DNA of 64,000 nucleotides from Elsinoe ampelina (Eukaryota): assembly GCA_010093995.1 (NCBI GenBank), contig ML992503.1, positions 797,234 to 861,233 on the forward strand, given 5' to 3'. The notes beneath the pieces are model-generated. The model was given only the letters and a program-made list of their open reading frames with translations. It was not told where the DNA came from and did not search any database. Below, piece by piece: positions 51,188-64,000 of the stretch (its first letter is position 1; each line of letters begins with the position of its first letter). The translations under genes and the position numbers were made by a program.

Positions 51188-51974
51188 ATGGCCACGCTAA
51201 TAATCAACGTCGAATACACGTACGCCCCCCTCCTCTCCCACCTATCCCCCCCAGCCCATGTCCCCGCTACCATTTCCTTCCCCTGTCTCGCCCCCCCTCC
51301 ACCTCCCGTCCCATTCCCAAAAACATACTTCCCTTCCTCATTCACCACCACCCCGTCCACCCTCTCCCCGAACCAATACACTGACAGAAAAAAAACAAAG
51401 AGGCGGCCTCGAAACCCTCTTCTCCTCCCGCAAAACCCAGTCCTTCACCCTCCCCGCCACCTCCCCCTCAGGCTCCCCCGCCACCGTCGCGGACCTGATC
51501 AGCTACCTCGCTGCCGACGTGGTGCAGCAGGAGAAGAAGGAGTTGTTTGTCCTAGGGGAGTCAGTGTACGTACCCCCCCTCCCTCTCTTTCATCTCTTTG
51601 GTCGCTTCCGGAGTCGAGGTTCTTTGTTTGGCGCTTCTTTCTTCGTCACTGGATTGGACTGGCTCTACTCAGCAAGTGTCGCTAAAGATGGGGGGATTTG
51701 AACGCGGGGAGGTTCTTTGTCTGGTGCACGGGGATGGGGCTTAGTATTGTCCCCTCTCTGGCTTCTATCGGCCAGGCCAAGAAGGGGAGGAGCAGTGTCT
51801 GCATTTCACGCGAGCACGATGGCTGTGGCAAAGACTGTCCTGCTGACTGTGCCCAGACGGCCGGGGATACTGGTTTTGATCAACGATGCGGATTGGGAGC
51901 TGGAAGGGGAGGGGGCGTATGAGTTGAAGGATGGGGATAATATCGTGTTTGTGTCGACTTTGCATGGTGGGTGA
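51188..51974 (+). CDS. URM1: Ubiquitin-related modifier 1
   Basis: [38 protein letters not shown]; two introns. Confidence 0.95.
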
Positions 51975-52585
51975 GGAGCGAAAGGCTGTCGGAGGTGGTC
52001 ATCGTGGAGAGCTACGGGCTAGAAGGCGGCTAATGGAGATGCCACTGGGATATGTGGCGGTAGCAGCTACAAGGTGCTTCTCTAACCTCAAGGCATAATG
52101 GGGGGATGAAGAGGTATGGGCGCGCTGCCCTACAGATCCATCGAGCACAGAGACAGGCTGTGCAGGTGTAACGAGTCGCAAAATAGTCACAAGGATCCCA
52201 GCATTAGAGACATAGAATCACTGCAAAGCCGACACATCAGCCAGCCTTCCATTCGACGTCACTACTAGTTACACTACCACCCTTCCCTGCCATTTTGATT
52301 GCAACGATCTGTAAGCGCCATTCTGACCCCTTCGCCGCTGATACTCAATTTTGTGGTTCGCCCATCCATGGAAATCAGAGCTCTGAAACGAAAGAAGAAA
52401 ACGACGAGAAAGCGGAGGTGAACAGTCAATTCGTGACCTTTGGTGTGAGGTTCCTTTTTCGTGAACGTGTGTGATCCGTGAGAAAGAGTCGCTGTTGTGT
52501 GAAGATTGCATTACGATCGAGGTCAACTCCTCCGGCGCTTCACCAAAGGATCGTCCTCCCAGTCTGGCGGATCCTGGGACTCCTC

Positions 52586-55412
52586 CTAATGCCCGTAGCT
52601 GGCACCCCAGCCTCCGCGACCGTACTGGCTGTACTGGTTGCTGAAGCCGCCGCCGTACTGGTTGTAGCCGCCCTGGTTTCCGGCGTGCTGCTGTCCGCCC
52701 AAACCGCCTAGGCCACCTCCGTACTGGCTGCTCTGGTTGAAACCTGGATAGCCGCCGAAGCCTTGCTGCTGGTGGGATTGTGGGGGCGGGAGACCGCTCT
52801 GGCCTTGACCTTGACCAGCGTTGTTGGCGGCAGATCCTGGACGACCAGGCTGATTGACTGCTGGTGATGGACCAGACTTGGAGTCGCCGCCGAAAGACTT
52901 CAGCTCGTCCGAGTTGGTGCCCTGCTGAGAGCCGTAGCCATGACCCTGGTAGCTGGAGCCACCACGAGAGTAGTCGGACACACCACCGAATCCACCACTA
53001 CCCAAAGACGACGGCTGGGCTGAGCCTCGTCCGTATTCGCCGGTGCCAGACCCAAGACCGCTATCGCGAGACTGAGAAGAGGACTGCTGATTGAACCCAG
53101 TGTTTGCAGGAGAGGCGGAGTGGTCATATGATGATGGAGCATTCATGCCGTAGCCGCCACGGTTCCCGCCATATGGAGCACCACCATAGCCCGAGTAGCC
53201 GTACTGCTGCTGGTAAGCATATGGGTATGGAGAGGTATACGAGGGATGGCCGTAGAAGCTTCCGTAGCCGCTATGCTGTTGTTGCTGCTGGCTTTGTTGA
53301 GGAGGTCCGGACTGCTGCTGCTGACCGCCGAGAGGGTTCGGGGTGTTATGGCCGGAGCCTTGGGGATCATTGTAGCGGGCCTGTACGTATTGTCAGTATG
53401 TACAGTCAAAGATCAATTCAGAGAGTGTTTACCTGGTGAGCGCTCTGGTTGCCACCATAAGAGCTATCTCCCTGACCAGATCCGAGACTGCTGCCGGCAC
53501 GCTGTTGAGCGCCTAACGGGTCATGCTGCGATTGTGGTTGCTGCTGTCCGTACGCACTGTTGTAGTAGTTTTGATACGCATTGCGGTGTTGATCAGATGT
53601 GTAGTATTGCGAGTAGTCTGGCTGTGCAGCGGAGTACCCTCCGTAGCCACTCTGTTGAGAATGTTGAGACTGCTGCCCTTGCTGCCCTTGTTGACTTTGT
53701 TGTTGTCCAGGCTGGCTCTGCTGGCTCTGCTGCTGCGCACCCTGACCCTGGGATGAGAACTGATCGAAAGCGGAGGGAGTCTGGTGGCTGAATGGATCGT
53801 ATGACTTCTGAGACGGTGCAGACACGTCTTGCTGTCCATAGCGCGCATACTGGTTGTAGCCCTGTTGTGACTGTTGAGGAAGAGAAGATGAGACGTCCGG
53901 ATTGCCAGCCTGAGCAGCTTGTGCTTGCTGAGGATTGGCAGGAGGAAGACCAGGTGCCTGCTTGGGGGTGGGCATAGACTGCCCACCGAAAGCGTCTTGC
54001 GCGGGTGCGCTTGCCTGCAATGGTGCAGGAGGTAGAGAGGCACGGGGCTGACCCTGAGGCGACTGCTGTGGTGGTTGAGTGCGAGTCTCTGGTTCTTCGC
54101 GCTCTTCGTCCACATCCTCACTGTCGCCATTCAGACCCATGCTACCGAACTGCACAGCTGCCCTGTCAACGTTATTGTGTCCTGGAAGAACGACCGCCTC
54201 TTGCTGCTCTGCCACACGTCTCTGGAAGCTGGCGCTTCGTGGAGTGATGCCAGAGGTAGCTCTCAGTGCTGTCGAAGCATAGCCTCCGACTGAGGCTGAA
54301 GGGCGACCAATTGGCTGTTGCTGCGCCGGTGTCTGGCGGACTTCTGATCCCGCATTGCTGGCTACAGTCTGAGTCGCGGGAGGATGAGAGACGTCAGGTA
54401 GATTCTCAAGGTTATCTTCGGTGAGGGGAGCTGGAGGTTCAACTATCTCGGGGGTAGCAGGGGCAGGTTCGGCTGCAGGCTCAGCGGGAAGTTCGACCGA
54501 CAGCTCTTCTGAGATCGCTGGCTGCTCAGGTTCGACAGCCGTTGGTTCTGGAGTTGGGTCTGCTGGTTGCTCCACTTCGACAGGAGCTTCCGGTGGAGGT
54601 GCAACTTTCGGTGCCGCAGGGGCTGGAGCTGGTTTGGGCTGGCTGAACATGCTGGCCCAGGTCTTCTTCGGTGGACCTTCTGGTAATACAGACGGCTTCG
54701 CTGCCTCAGATGCAATCTTGGGTGTGTCCTCCGCGGTGACGACGTTGCCCCAAGATGAATCACCAGATGGCTCAGCAGACGATGTGGTATCGACTGCAGG
54801 CGCACCCCAAGCATTGGATTCTGGGATGGTCGACGTGGCAGCATCGGTATGAGTGTCCGCGCTCTTTACAACCCCTCCTCTGCCACCACGTGAGACACCT
54901 CTCGCGCGATCACCACGTCCACGGCCACCGCGAGCACCATCGAAGCCTCCCCTTCCACGCCCACCTCTTGGTGCAATCGAAGCACTCTCGGCTTGAACGT
55001 CCTTTGCCTTTGAGCGAGCTCGATCCTTGGGTTTCTTGATCTCAGAGAATTGCGACACATGACCTAGGTGGATCAGCATAGCCAGAAGTAGCAGCGACAG
55101 AGCGATCATACCTTCGGTAATTCTGTCGATAGTGGTCGCAAGATCTCCGTCCGTCTCTTGGAGGGCAAAGACCAAATCGACATCAGTCCAGTCAGGGAAC
55201 ATATCCTTGAGCATCGATAGCTGCGAAGAGTATTGCTTCTTCATATCGCCCAGCTCGCCCTGATCCTCGAGCGAAGGCTCTTGTTGATGATTAGAGGTAC
55301 CATTAGTCTGCCTGTGACCACCACGAGGACCTCCTCGGCCGAAGCCTCCTCTGCCTCCTCGAAACGAACTCCTGCCCCTTGATGGAGCAGGTCGAGAGTC
55401 GACTTCTGACAT
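52586..55412 (-). CDS. DEF1: RNA polymerase II degradation factor Def1-like (CUE domain, Q/G/Y-rich)
   Basis: RGG N-terminus, LKDMFPDWTDVDLVFALQETDGDL, QQEAVV, DRAAVQFGSMGL; introns. Confidence 0.85.
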
Positions 55413-55922
55413 TATGATTTGTGTGGGCTGTGAGCTTGTAGGCGGTCTTTGAGAAGTGTCGCGGGAGTTCCAAGGTCGAAAGGCGCACTTCAGTGGATGA
55501 AGTTGCCTGGATTACAAGGAGGCTCTGCTTCAGAGAGCAAAGCTTCACCAGGAACCGATTTGAAGAGTTGAAGGCGCAATTGGCCTTTGATGAGTTGTGC
55601 TCAAGGAGTAATGAACTATGGCGCGCAATGGAAGAAGCGATCAAGGAAGAAAAAGGTGTGGAGAGATGAATGTGTAGTCAAAAGTAAGTGAGGATGCCGC
55701 AAAACTGAAGAAGCGCAGCTGCACGAGACGAGAACGAGAGCATCAAGCAAAGACCTAGGCTCGGCATGGCCCGTAAAAGCGGGTCTGGACACGTGATGAT
55801 GCAGAAATGTCTTGGCGTTTCGATGCACGTCACCGTATACTGATCAAAGTCCATTTACTCTTCACATGTCACGAACGTCACATCACCCATTGCACTCGCA
55901 CGTGCAGTGAGGATCCGTGGCG

Positions 55923-57170
55923 ATGAAGTCCTCCTCTGTGCGATCCATCAGCCAATTTGCAAGCAAGTTACACCCTCAGGTCGCCCTCACGCGGACCGAG
56001 TCCAAGCGTCTACTGGACTCGCTCAAGACATCATTTCGACAGCAGCTTGATGCTGAGCACAATCCCGATCATGTGCAGGCAACGGCGGTCTCTCGAGGAA
56101 GCGCATTGAACCACGCCGAGAAGCATGTCGCCTCTGTTCTGACCAACCCACTTCTCGCCACTTCTCAAATCCCGAGGCCACTAATACCTACCAATGACAA
56201 GAGACATCCCATCGACATATTCACCGATTGTGCTGCAAATGGAGTGGCCACTATTCATCTCGCTTCGCAATGCATCAGCGCCTTCCATCGTCTGCTAAAA
56301 TCATTGACAGCTGAGAAGAAGCGGGAAGAGATCGCTAAATTCCAGCCCGGCTCAAAGATCCTGCAATGGCTTTGGGCAACTGGTATGGCACAGTCAGAGG
56401 CTCTTGTATCCGGACAACGACTTGTCTCTTCTGTTGTGGCTCTCTTGCTAAGGGAGGGCAAAGAAGAGGCGATCTGGAAATGGTTCACCACGGCAGACCA
56501 CGATCATCTGGAGGGGGCATCGGCACCTAATAGCGATCAAGTCAGTGCGCAGTCTTTAATACTGAGACAGCTCATTTACTGGAAAGTGAGGGCCTGGAGA
56601 GACGATCCCAGAGGTGCAGTCGAGGCTTTCACCAAGGCTATCGGTATGGTCAATGCTGGCATAGTCCCGTCTCAGAGTACTCGGCCAGCGGGTGTGTTCC
56701 TCTTGAGCGAGCTGAAACGTCAAACTACTCAAGTCAGTACGTCGACGGACTCGGACTCGATCATTGGATTCTTGCAGAGCTTCCAAACATGGAAGCAGTC
56801 TGACCTTGAGCCGCACGCCATCGATGTTGCAAGATTGAGTCTACAATATCTAGGCGCTACATACCTGGAGAAAGCCTTGCAAATTGCAACAAGACTGGAC
56901 CTTGAGGAGGCCAAGTCGACACAAGACAGCTATGGAACAAAGGTCGTGAGGTACCTCCTAACATTATCAGAGGTGTTGCAAGCGCATGGATCTCGAGACC
57001 AAATGCATAGATTTGTAAAAATTTTGCAGCACGTGCAGGATACGTCCGCGACACAGCATAAAGGCTCCCTCCTGGCTCAAGAAATACAAGGACTTCCTCG
57101 ACTTTTACTGCAAGACATCAAGACCTGGTCAAGTCCGCTATCAGATCCGACTATCTCGCCCGCAGGATGA
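55923..57170 (+). CDS. Hypothetical protein, possibly mitochondrial
   Basis: ~415-aa ORF; KLHPQVALTRTESKRLLDSLKTSFRQQLD near the N-terminus. Confidence 0.7.
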   Translation: MKSSSVRSISQFASKLHPQVALTRTESKRLLDSLKTSFRQQLDAEHNPDHVQATAVSRGSALNHAEKHVASVLTNPLLATSQIPRPLIPTNDKRHPIDIFTDCAANGVATIHLASQCISAFHRLLKSLTAEKKREEIAKFQPGSKILQWLWATGMAQSEALVSGQRLVSSVVALLLREGKEEAIWKWFTTADHDHLEGASAPNSDQVSAQSLILRQLIYWKVRAWRDDPRGAVEAFTKAIGMVNAGIVPSQSTRPAGVFLLSELKRQTTQVSTSTDSDSIIGFLQSFQTWKQSDLEPHAIDVARLSLQYLGATYLEKALQIATRLDLEEAKSTQDSYGTKVVRYLLTLSEVLQAHGSRDQMHRFVKILQHVQDTSATQHKGSLLAQEIQGLPRLLLQDIKTWSSPLSDPTISPAG

Positions 57171-57959
57171 GACGACTGTCTAGTGACATGATGCCCAAGC
57201 ACATTCTCAACCGACAATCACGCAAAATCACAACGCATTCCACTGAGCAGGATAGTGTGTCAACAACAAAGGGCTTCTTCGCTTTGTCAGTGATGGACTT
57301 CAATGCCACTACATAAATACAAAAAGTGGCGTGGACAATGAAGCTCGCACAAAGCTTGCTCACAACAAAGCCACGGGTGACAAGGCCATTGTCATGCACC
57401 ATGCTCAATCGTTCATAGTCTCAATGGACAACACTGGAAAGGCCCGACGCTCATTCAAGGATCCTGCCATGTCGTCCGACTCGCTGTAGAGACAACAGGT
57501 TCAACACCCGGCAAAGACCATGATCCCAAGGACCAGGTACCTGGGTCGAACAGTGTCGCGCTTCTGGCGTCGCATATCCCGAGTAACCCAGACCGAGACC
57601 CACAATCACATGTAGAAGTCTGCTGTCAATGAACACTTCATTTCAGAATTTTTACAGAATCACACAAGAGGTGAAAGACTTTGCAATCACTTCTCCTTTA
57701 TCCCTTTGTTTGACCCAAGTCGTTCCTTGTCTTGCACCACCATCCACATTCACGATACTTGTTTCAATCGCAACTTATAAAGCAGCCAAAGTCAAGCAGA
57801 ACGACCTTTCCTTCCCATCCCGCTACTAATCTTCATCCCTGGTACCAACAAGCTGTGCTCGTTGGTCCCATCCCCTCTCCTTACTTCTTCGATATCAAGA
57901 AATCAGTCGTTCCTTCAGACGCAAGATCTCTCTGTGAGAGTCCTGCAAACTCGCCCAGC

Positions 57960-59365
57960 ATGTCATTCATTACTCCCGAGGCTCTGTACACCATCCTCTT
58001 CCTGCTGGTCTGGTAAGTATCCCGAATCCCCCCCCACTGTCCATCACGCTGACCATTCACAGGTTGTTCCGCTACTTTCGTCTGCTGGTCAACATTGCTG
58101 CTTTCTTCCGCTTCGAACCTCGCTTCGCTCCCACTACGCCTCGCTTTACCCCTGGCGATGTCACCTTCTTGATGCCCACGACCTTTTCCGACCCAGGAGA
58201 AGTCGTCAAGTGCCTCAAGGGCATTCAGAAGTGTAACCCCGCGGCCATCATCATTGTCACCTCCAACGCCAAGCTCGAGACAGTCAAGACTGCCATCACA
58301 GATGCTGGAATCATCAACACAGTCGTCCTAGGTGTCTCCAAGCTCAACAAGCGTCGCCAGATGCTGGTCGGACTCGAGCACATCAAGACCGATATCACCT
58401 TCTGCGTTGATGACGACGTTTTCTACCCATCCGTCAACCTGCCACAGCATCTCTTGAACTGCTTCGAAGACCCCCGAGTTGGTGCCGCTGGACCTCGTCA
58501 GCGTGCTCGTCGCGATGCGTACCCCTCAATCTGGAACTTTCTCGGAATCTCCTACCTCGAGCGCCGCAACTTCAACACTGGCTCTACAAATTGCATTGAC
58601 GGTGGACTCTCAACCCTCTCCGGGCGTACCCAGGCTGTCCGCACTGCGATCCTCAAGAACAAGGAATTCTACCACTACTTCCGCAACGATTCCTTCCTCG
58701 GACGCAAGCTGACGGTTGACGACGACAAGGCTCTGACAAGATTCATCTACTCGCGTGGTTGGAAGATTGCACTGAACTTCCACGAAGAGTGCACCATCGA
58801 GACTACCTTTGAGACGGGCTTTGGCTTCATCGGTCAATGCCTCCGCTGGGCTCGTGGTCACTGGCGCGGCAACCTCATTGTCATGGCTAAGGAGTCGTAC
58901 TGGTACAAGACTCACACCTGGACCTTGTATTCCACCTACATCTCGCAATTTCAGACCCCGGCTCTCCTGGTTGACGGCTTCCTTTTCTGGCTCCTGCACC
59001 GTGCTACTGCTGAAGTCAACGCCAACGCAAAGTCCCACGCGTTCCTCTTGTTTGCCTTCTGGATCTTCCTTACCAAGATCGTCAAGCTCGTTCCGCATTT
59101 CCTCAAGTACCCTCAGGATGTCGTGTTCATCCCGGTGAGTATTCTTTTCAGTTATCTCCACGGCATCATCAACGTCTACGCCCTCCTCACTACCCACAAG
59201 ACCATTTGGGGATCGCGCGGCTGTTCCGTTGATGAGGACGTCCCCGAAGATAAGTATACCCCCGACGATATGCCCACGGATGCGCTTCGTCCTCAAGATC
59301 TCAGGAACACTAACTTCAAGATCCCCCGTGGAAAGGTAACAAAGAGGGAGTTGCAGCGTTCCTAG
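57960..59365 (+). CDS. Processive glycosyltransferase family 2 (Cps1/hyaluronan-synthase-like)
   Basis: VDDDV, LSGRT, DDDKALTR, QCLRWAR, C-terminal TMs; intron ~58013-58062. Confidence 0.88.
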
Positions 59366-59794
59366 GAAATGTTCATCTACAGATGCAACTTGATGAAGCA
59401 GATTCTCGAACCCAGCAAGGAGTATTGAGAGGGAAGGATGGAGAAATAATCGGTTGGATCACCCCGGTTTGTATTATGAAGGACGAGGTTGGTAGAACAG
59501 ACCAGCTGTAAGTCAAGTCAGCACTCACGAAGTGTTTGGCTCTTTCTTTTGTGATAGACCATAATACACCATACACTCTTTTGAAAACCCACATAATTAT
59601 CTCGTGCTTTTGTTGTCTTCATCTTCTTTGTGCATGTTTTCTCAATGAGGTAGGAGCACCGAATGGGAAGGTGCGATTCCCACGGGCCATGCTTTGTTCA
59701 TACCCAAACACCGAATCCACCATGTGACTCTCGTGTCATCATCGAGGAGCCCGATTATCCCTTACTATTCCACTTCTCAGCCTGCTCAACAGTC

Positions 59795-61099
59795 ATGGCA
59801 TCCTCCGAGATGGCGACCGGCCGGTCCTCGGTGGCAGCTCCGATTGTCCTCGAGAACCAGATCGCCCTCAAAGTCACTCCACGGGACAATCGCAAAGGTC
59901 GACACACTCTACTGGTTCTCCCTGGCACTGTCCTGACGGCAGAGAAGATGCCCGACGATGCGAGTATGTTGAAAGAGATGGAAGAAGCCAAACAAGGCCA
60001 GCTTACCACACTCGCGGAGTCAACCGTGCAGCAAGTGGTATCATCTCCTGGGAATACCCTACGATTCGACACTCCTTCGTCTCGTGCTACAGCCAGACGT
60101 ATTCTTCAGAACATTCGACTTATGTTCCGGCTCCATCAGCCACTGTACGACGTCTCCTACCTCATTGCATTCCTCTACTTCATTGGCAGCGTTGTGTAGA
60201 TCTTCAACGCCTTCTTCTTACTCATGCCCCTTGTCAGCTTCCATGAGTGGAAAGCAGCGGTGCTGGGCGGGCCTATCACCGGCTTGATCGGCAGCATCAT
60301 CTTCCTCTTCGTCGCCATATTATCCTATCTCGAAGTGTTGAATGCTCCCAGCGATCCCTGCTGCGCATACACAGTGACCAACACAACCACTTCGACAGGT
60401 GCTATGGTCGTGACAGTTGCCCCAGACCTCTCTCAATGCCATCACCACCATCAGAACCACTCGTCTCTCCTCGCCAGCGACAGAGCCACTTCTCTGATAC
60501 CACCTAGTGACCCGACGCCCTTGATCGCTATCGCAGACAAGTCACTTACTACGGTCGACGTCGTTCCGGTCGCCACGCCCTCAGCACCAGTCACTGCTGC
60601 TGTCCCAAGCAAACCAATCACTCTCCTGCCAAGAAGACACCACTTCCTTCCCCACCACCTACAGCAGCTCGCTTTTCTCGCAGCATTGATCAACCTATTC
60701 GGAAATCTCATCTACTTCCCCTCAACCATCGTCTCTCTCCCACCGGTTCAGGCAAGGATATCTCCGATACACTTCCGATACGCCAATTGGTTCCTCCAGA
60801 TCATCTCCTCGCTGGGCATGTGGCTCGCCTCTTTGCTACTGGTCAGCGAGACACAGATCCGATGGTGGCGTCCCGCCTTTGGTGTAGTTGGATGGTGGAT
60901 CAGCATGCTCAACGTGACGGGTGGATTCGGATTCTTGATCTCGGGTATATTGGGATATGCGGCGTACACAGATATATGTGGCCCGTTGTACCTTAGAAGT
61001 ATGGTGGCGAACTTTATCGGGTGTTGGGGTTTCTTTATCGCGGCAATACTGATGTGGTACGAGGCGACGGAGAAGTTTCCGGTTGTTGATGTAAGGTGA
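59795..61099 (+). pseudogene. Multi-pass integral membrane protein gene with a single in-frame TAG at 60197-60199
   Basis: ORFs 59663..60199 and 60224..61099 share one frame; reads FLYFIGSVV*IFNAFFLL inside a hydrophobic helix. Confidence 0.7.
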
Positions 61100-61357
61100 G
61101 GTGTCTAGTGAACCAGAAGATACAGATACAGGAGGGCAGAGAGGAGCCGGACAAGGCGTTAGGACTGGTTGCAGGACGGCGTCTATTGCTTGCGTGTGTC
61201 TAATGAAATTTCTAATCCAGATCGTAAGTCGTCTACTGTGTATGTTCAATGTGATGTATGTCCAATTCTGCACCACATGTCCAATCCTCTTCCCGATGCT
61301 CCGTTCCCTCCTCTTCCCTTTTCCCTTCCGAACTGTACATCCCGATCCCAATCCCAA

Positions 61358-63226
61358 TCACCACCCAAACTTCTCCACCGAAACCCTCACCCCGACCCCT
61401 CTCCCCCTCATCGCCGCACAAATATTATTGACCTCCCTATTCATCCCATCCGGCCCGGAAACCATCACCCCCACCCCGTCTCTCGCCTCCCCGACCGCCT
61501 GGGCCATCAAGCGCACCATATCCGGCCTCCCCTTCTCACTCGTCGGCTCGGGCACCACGACCTCACACCCTCTCTCCCTGAGATCCCTCAGCCGCTCCTG
61601 GCCCACCCATTCGATGTGTGAAGCGTCGTGGACGACCCAGATGAGGACGACTTTCCTCCTCCCCTCCCCTGTTACCACCCCTGGCCCCGGGCCGGGAGTG
61701 GAAGTGGAAGTGGAACCGGAAGTCGAAGCAGAAGTGAGCAGGTCCCAGGCCAGAGGCAACACGACGGCTATCCCGCTCCCGCCCGCCACGAACACGGCCG
61801 TGGAGGAGGATCGAGCCATTTCCAACGCGTGATGCGAGCCGTAGGGCCCATCGATCGCGACGTCGACTCTGTGGTGCTTCTTCGCGTGGTCGAGGAGGGT
61901 GCGTGAGAAGCCGGACCGGGCGCGGATGATGAGGTCTAGCCAGGCGTGGGACTGGGTTGGATCAGGGGCTGTGGAGGCGATGGTGAATGGGTGGGATTGT
62001 ACTGCTGAGAGGAGGGGCAGGGAGGGGATGGAGATGAATACGTGGTCGGCTGGGGACCAGCCTGGGGTTATGTCTGGTTTGAGCCGACGGAGATGGTGGA
62101 GGAGGGAGGGGCGGGGAGTTGGGAGGGGGAAGTTGGTGGAGAGGAGGAGGGTATGGTTATCTGGGAGAATGGTGAGGTCGGCTTTTGTGGTGTGCCGGGT
62201 GAGGAAGAGGCGGTATAGGAGGCGGTCGGTGAGGAAGATGGCGAGGGCGGCGGAGACGTAGGGACGGGTGAAGTCGTGGTGGAAGAAGAGGAAGGAGAGG
62301 CCGCCTGTTTGGAGGAGGATGTGGGAGGCGAGGAAGACTTCGTAGAATGCGGCGCGGAAGCTGGCGAGGGAGGTGAGGTAGAGGATCTCGTAGCAGGCGA
62401 AGGCGGAGAAGCCGAGCCAAATGATGGGGGAGGAGAGGAGTTGCCAGAAGGTGAAGCCGATGGGGCGGAGCTCGTCGTACCAGATGTAGAGGAAGAGCGT
62501 GGCGTGAATGAGGGCGTATAAACAAAGAATCTCTCCGAGCCGACGGTGGAGAATGTTCAGGTTCTCATAGCTGAAGCCAGTCATAGACTTCAAAGGGCAA
62601 TTCTTTGCGCTGAAGAGGTATAGCAGAGGTAAATTCGCCACGAATAGTAAGCCAGCTCGGTCGGCAAAGACGTAGACTGCCCAATACACGAACGGGATGT
62701 TGTAGAAGAAGAAGAAGGCGTTGAAAAGTATAAACAATGATATTGCCACGCTTGTGAGATTGGCTGGTAGTGTTTTGTTGACAACGGGTATAGGTCGGGG
62801 TTGGTACATGAGCCAACTGGAGACTGACCATCTCACGCGAGTGACGAGAGCAGGACGACGTGCAGACCTCTTCTCTTGTTGCCCGAGCAGAGGGCTGGAC
62901 TCGTGAATGATCAGAATTTTGCTCTCCGGCCGATCTGCCTGCGGTGCGTTCTCTGTCTTTCGTATATCATTGTCTCGTAAAGTCGTTTTGTTCCTGTTTC
63001 TTCGCGCTCTCATTCGATTTGTCCAATGCCACACGGTGAACCCGAGTATGACAGCCAATACTACCACATTGTAGTATATTAGAAACCTCCGACTGAACAG
63101 AACACCTCGGACAATATTGCGAGAGTTTGGTCTATCTCCTTCTCTTTCCTCTTCCTCCGCGATCGAGTATGCGGCATCCTGTCCAGCTGACTTGAGGGCG
63201 AACCGTGCCAGCTCCAGTTCCGACAT
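61358..63226 (-). CDS. Ferric reductase-like transmembrane protein (FRE/NOX family)
   Basis: LHRRLG...IH, FLASH...FFH heme His pairs; HPFTIAS, DGPYG, FVAGGSGI. Confidence 0.93.
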   Translation of the reverse strand: MSELELARFALKSAGQDAAYSIAEEEEREGDRPNSRNIVRGVLFSRRFLIYYNVVVLAVILGFTVWHWTNRMRARRNRNKTTLRDNDIRKTENAPQADRPESKILIIHESSPLLGQQEKRSARRPALVTRVRWSVSSWLMYQPRPIPVVNKTLPANLTSVAISLFILFNAFFFFYNIPFVYWAVYVFADRAGLLFVANLPLLYLFSAKNCPLKSMTGFSYENLNILHRRLGEILCLYALIHATLFLYIWYDELRPIGFTFWQLLSSPIIWLGFSAFACYEILYLTSLASFRAAFYEVFLASHILLQTGGLSFLFFHHDFTRPYVSAALAIFLTDRLLYRLFLTRHTTKADLTILPDNHTLLLSTNFPLPTPRPSLLHHLRRLKPDITPGWSPADHVFISIPSLPLLSAVQSHPFTIASTAPDPTQSHAWLDLIIRARSGFSRTLLDHAKKHHRVDVAIDGPYGSHHALEMARSSSTAVFVAGGSGIAVVLPLAWDLLTSASTSGSTSTSTPGPGPGVVTGEGRRKVVLIWVVHDASHIEWVGQERLRDLRERGCEVVVPEPTSEKGRPDMVRLMAQAVGEARDGVGVMVSGPDGMNREVNNICAAMRGRGVGVRVSVEKFGW

Positions 63227-64000
63227 ATTCCGCACACAGGAAGTAGCGAGCACGGAATTCGAGGTCGTGTTGGTTTCGCACCACGGCGAGGTCGCCAGGT
63301 GGTATGCAAGTCGAAGATGGTGGCGCGACAGCGGTGCAGGTGATGTAAGATGGTGGTCTTATCAGATCAGATTATCAGATCAAGTTATCAGATCGTGGGG
63401 TCCACAGCACGTGAGCCAATCAGCTGATCAGGGTCCGCTCTTGCACGTGCCCATTCTTGCCTCGGCCACGTGCTATCTTACCCTCATCTTCTCGGGCCCA
63501 ATTTGACCTGGCCACAACGTCCCTATGCTCCTGTCCTGTCCTCCACAGACCCCGTCGCTCTCCCGTCTGTTGGCAATCTATCCCGTGACACTGCTTCATC
63601 AACGAAGCACTCGAGATATCGGCCCGTCTTCTGGTAGGGATACGACTCCGCATAGCAATGCGACAACCCGTGAACCCAGACGACATCTGCATTTGATCAA
63701 AACCTCCGAATACATCGCTCGGTCACGCCGAGCCTCGCTTGTTTTCAGTCAAGTCCACCCAAGCTGCTGAAAGCTTCCTTGGCCTATTTATATCTTTGAT
63801 TACCGGTTCCTGGGTTGCACATTCCCCGACCTCCGCATGCCAATCACTTACGAGCCCGCTAGCGTCTTCTGGTAGTTGGCATTGTCTCCGCGCGCCATGT
63901 CGTGAGGTGGTCAAGACGAGTTTGGAGCGGACGTCTCATGTAAGGCAATCACTCCTGTCGGGTCATACCACAAAGACCGCGGCTTGTAGAGCGGCAGACA

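Noticed and set aside
2155..64000. Full-size Starship with the downstream genes as cargo
   Set aside because: Downstream genes are core housekeeping genes (DUS4, TMA7, RPT5, SCH9, URM1), I recognised no Starship accessory genes, and the direct repeat closes the island by ~5.9 kb.

Overview
Gene-dense, intron-containing DNA from a filamentous ascomycete fungus. Dothideomycete-like is my inference from gene style only. Most of the window is conserved housekeeping genes: DPM1, DUS4, DAP1, TMA7, a cyclin T/K-like gene, mitochondrial L9, an SR protein, ETF-QO, GAL1, trimethyllysine dioxygenase, RPT5, SCH9, NPL6, a Clg1-like cyclin, URM1, DEF1, a sugar porter, a GT2 and a ferric reductase. The stand-out is a ~4.55 kb island at ~1.1-5.9 kb. 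It encodes a DUF3435/Starship-captain-like tyrosine recombinase with C-terminal zinc fingers and no evident cargo. The island is bracketed by a diverged direct repeat of the DPM1 3' end (last codons plus 3' UTR) and carries about 10 copies of a 17-bp palindrome, four of them as a spaced array at its right end. This resembles a compact, prophage-style element that integrates into an essential gene and replaces its 3' end. Other items: a TA-flanked Tc1/mariner-type MITE, an in-frame TAG at a probable Trp codon in a membrane-protein gene, a degraded NmrA-like pseudogene, a 6-nt microexon, and repeated C-rich to G-rich strand-skew switches that ignore gene orientation. Exon boundaries were read by eye and no database searches were run.
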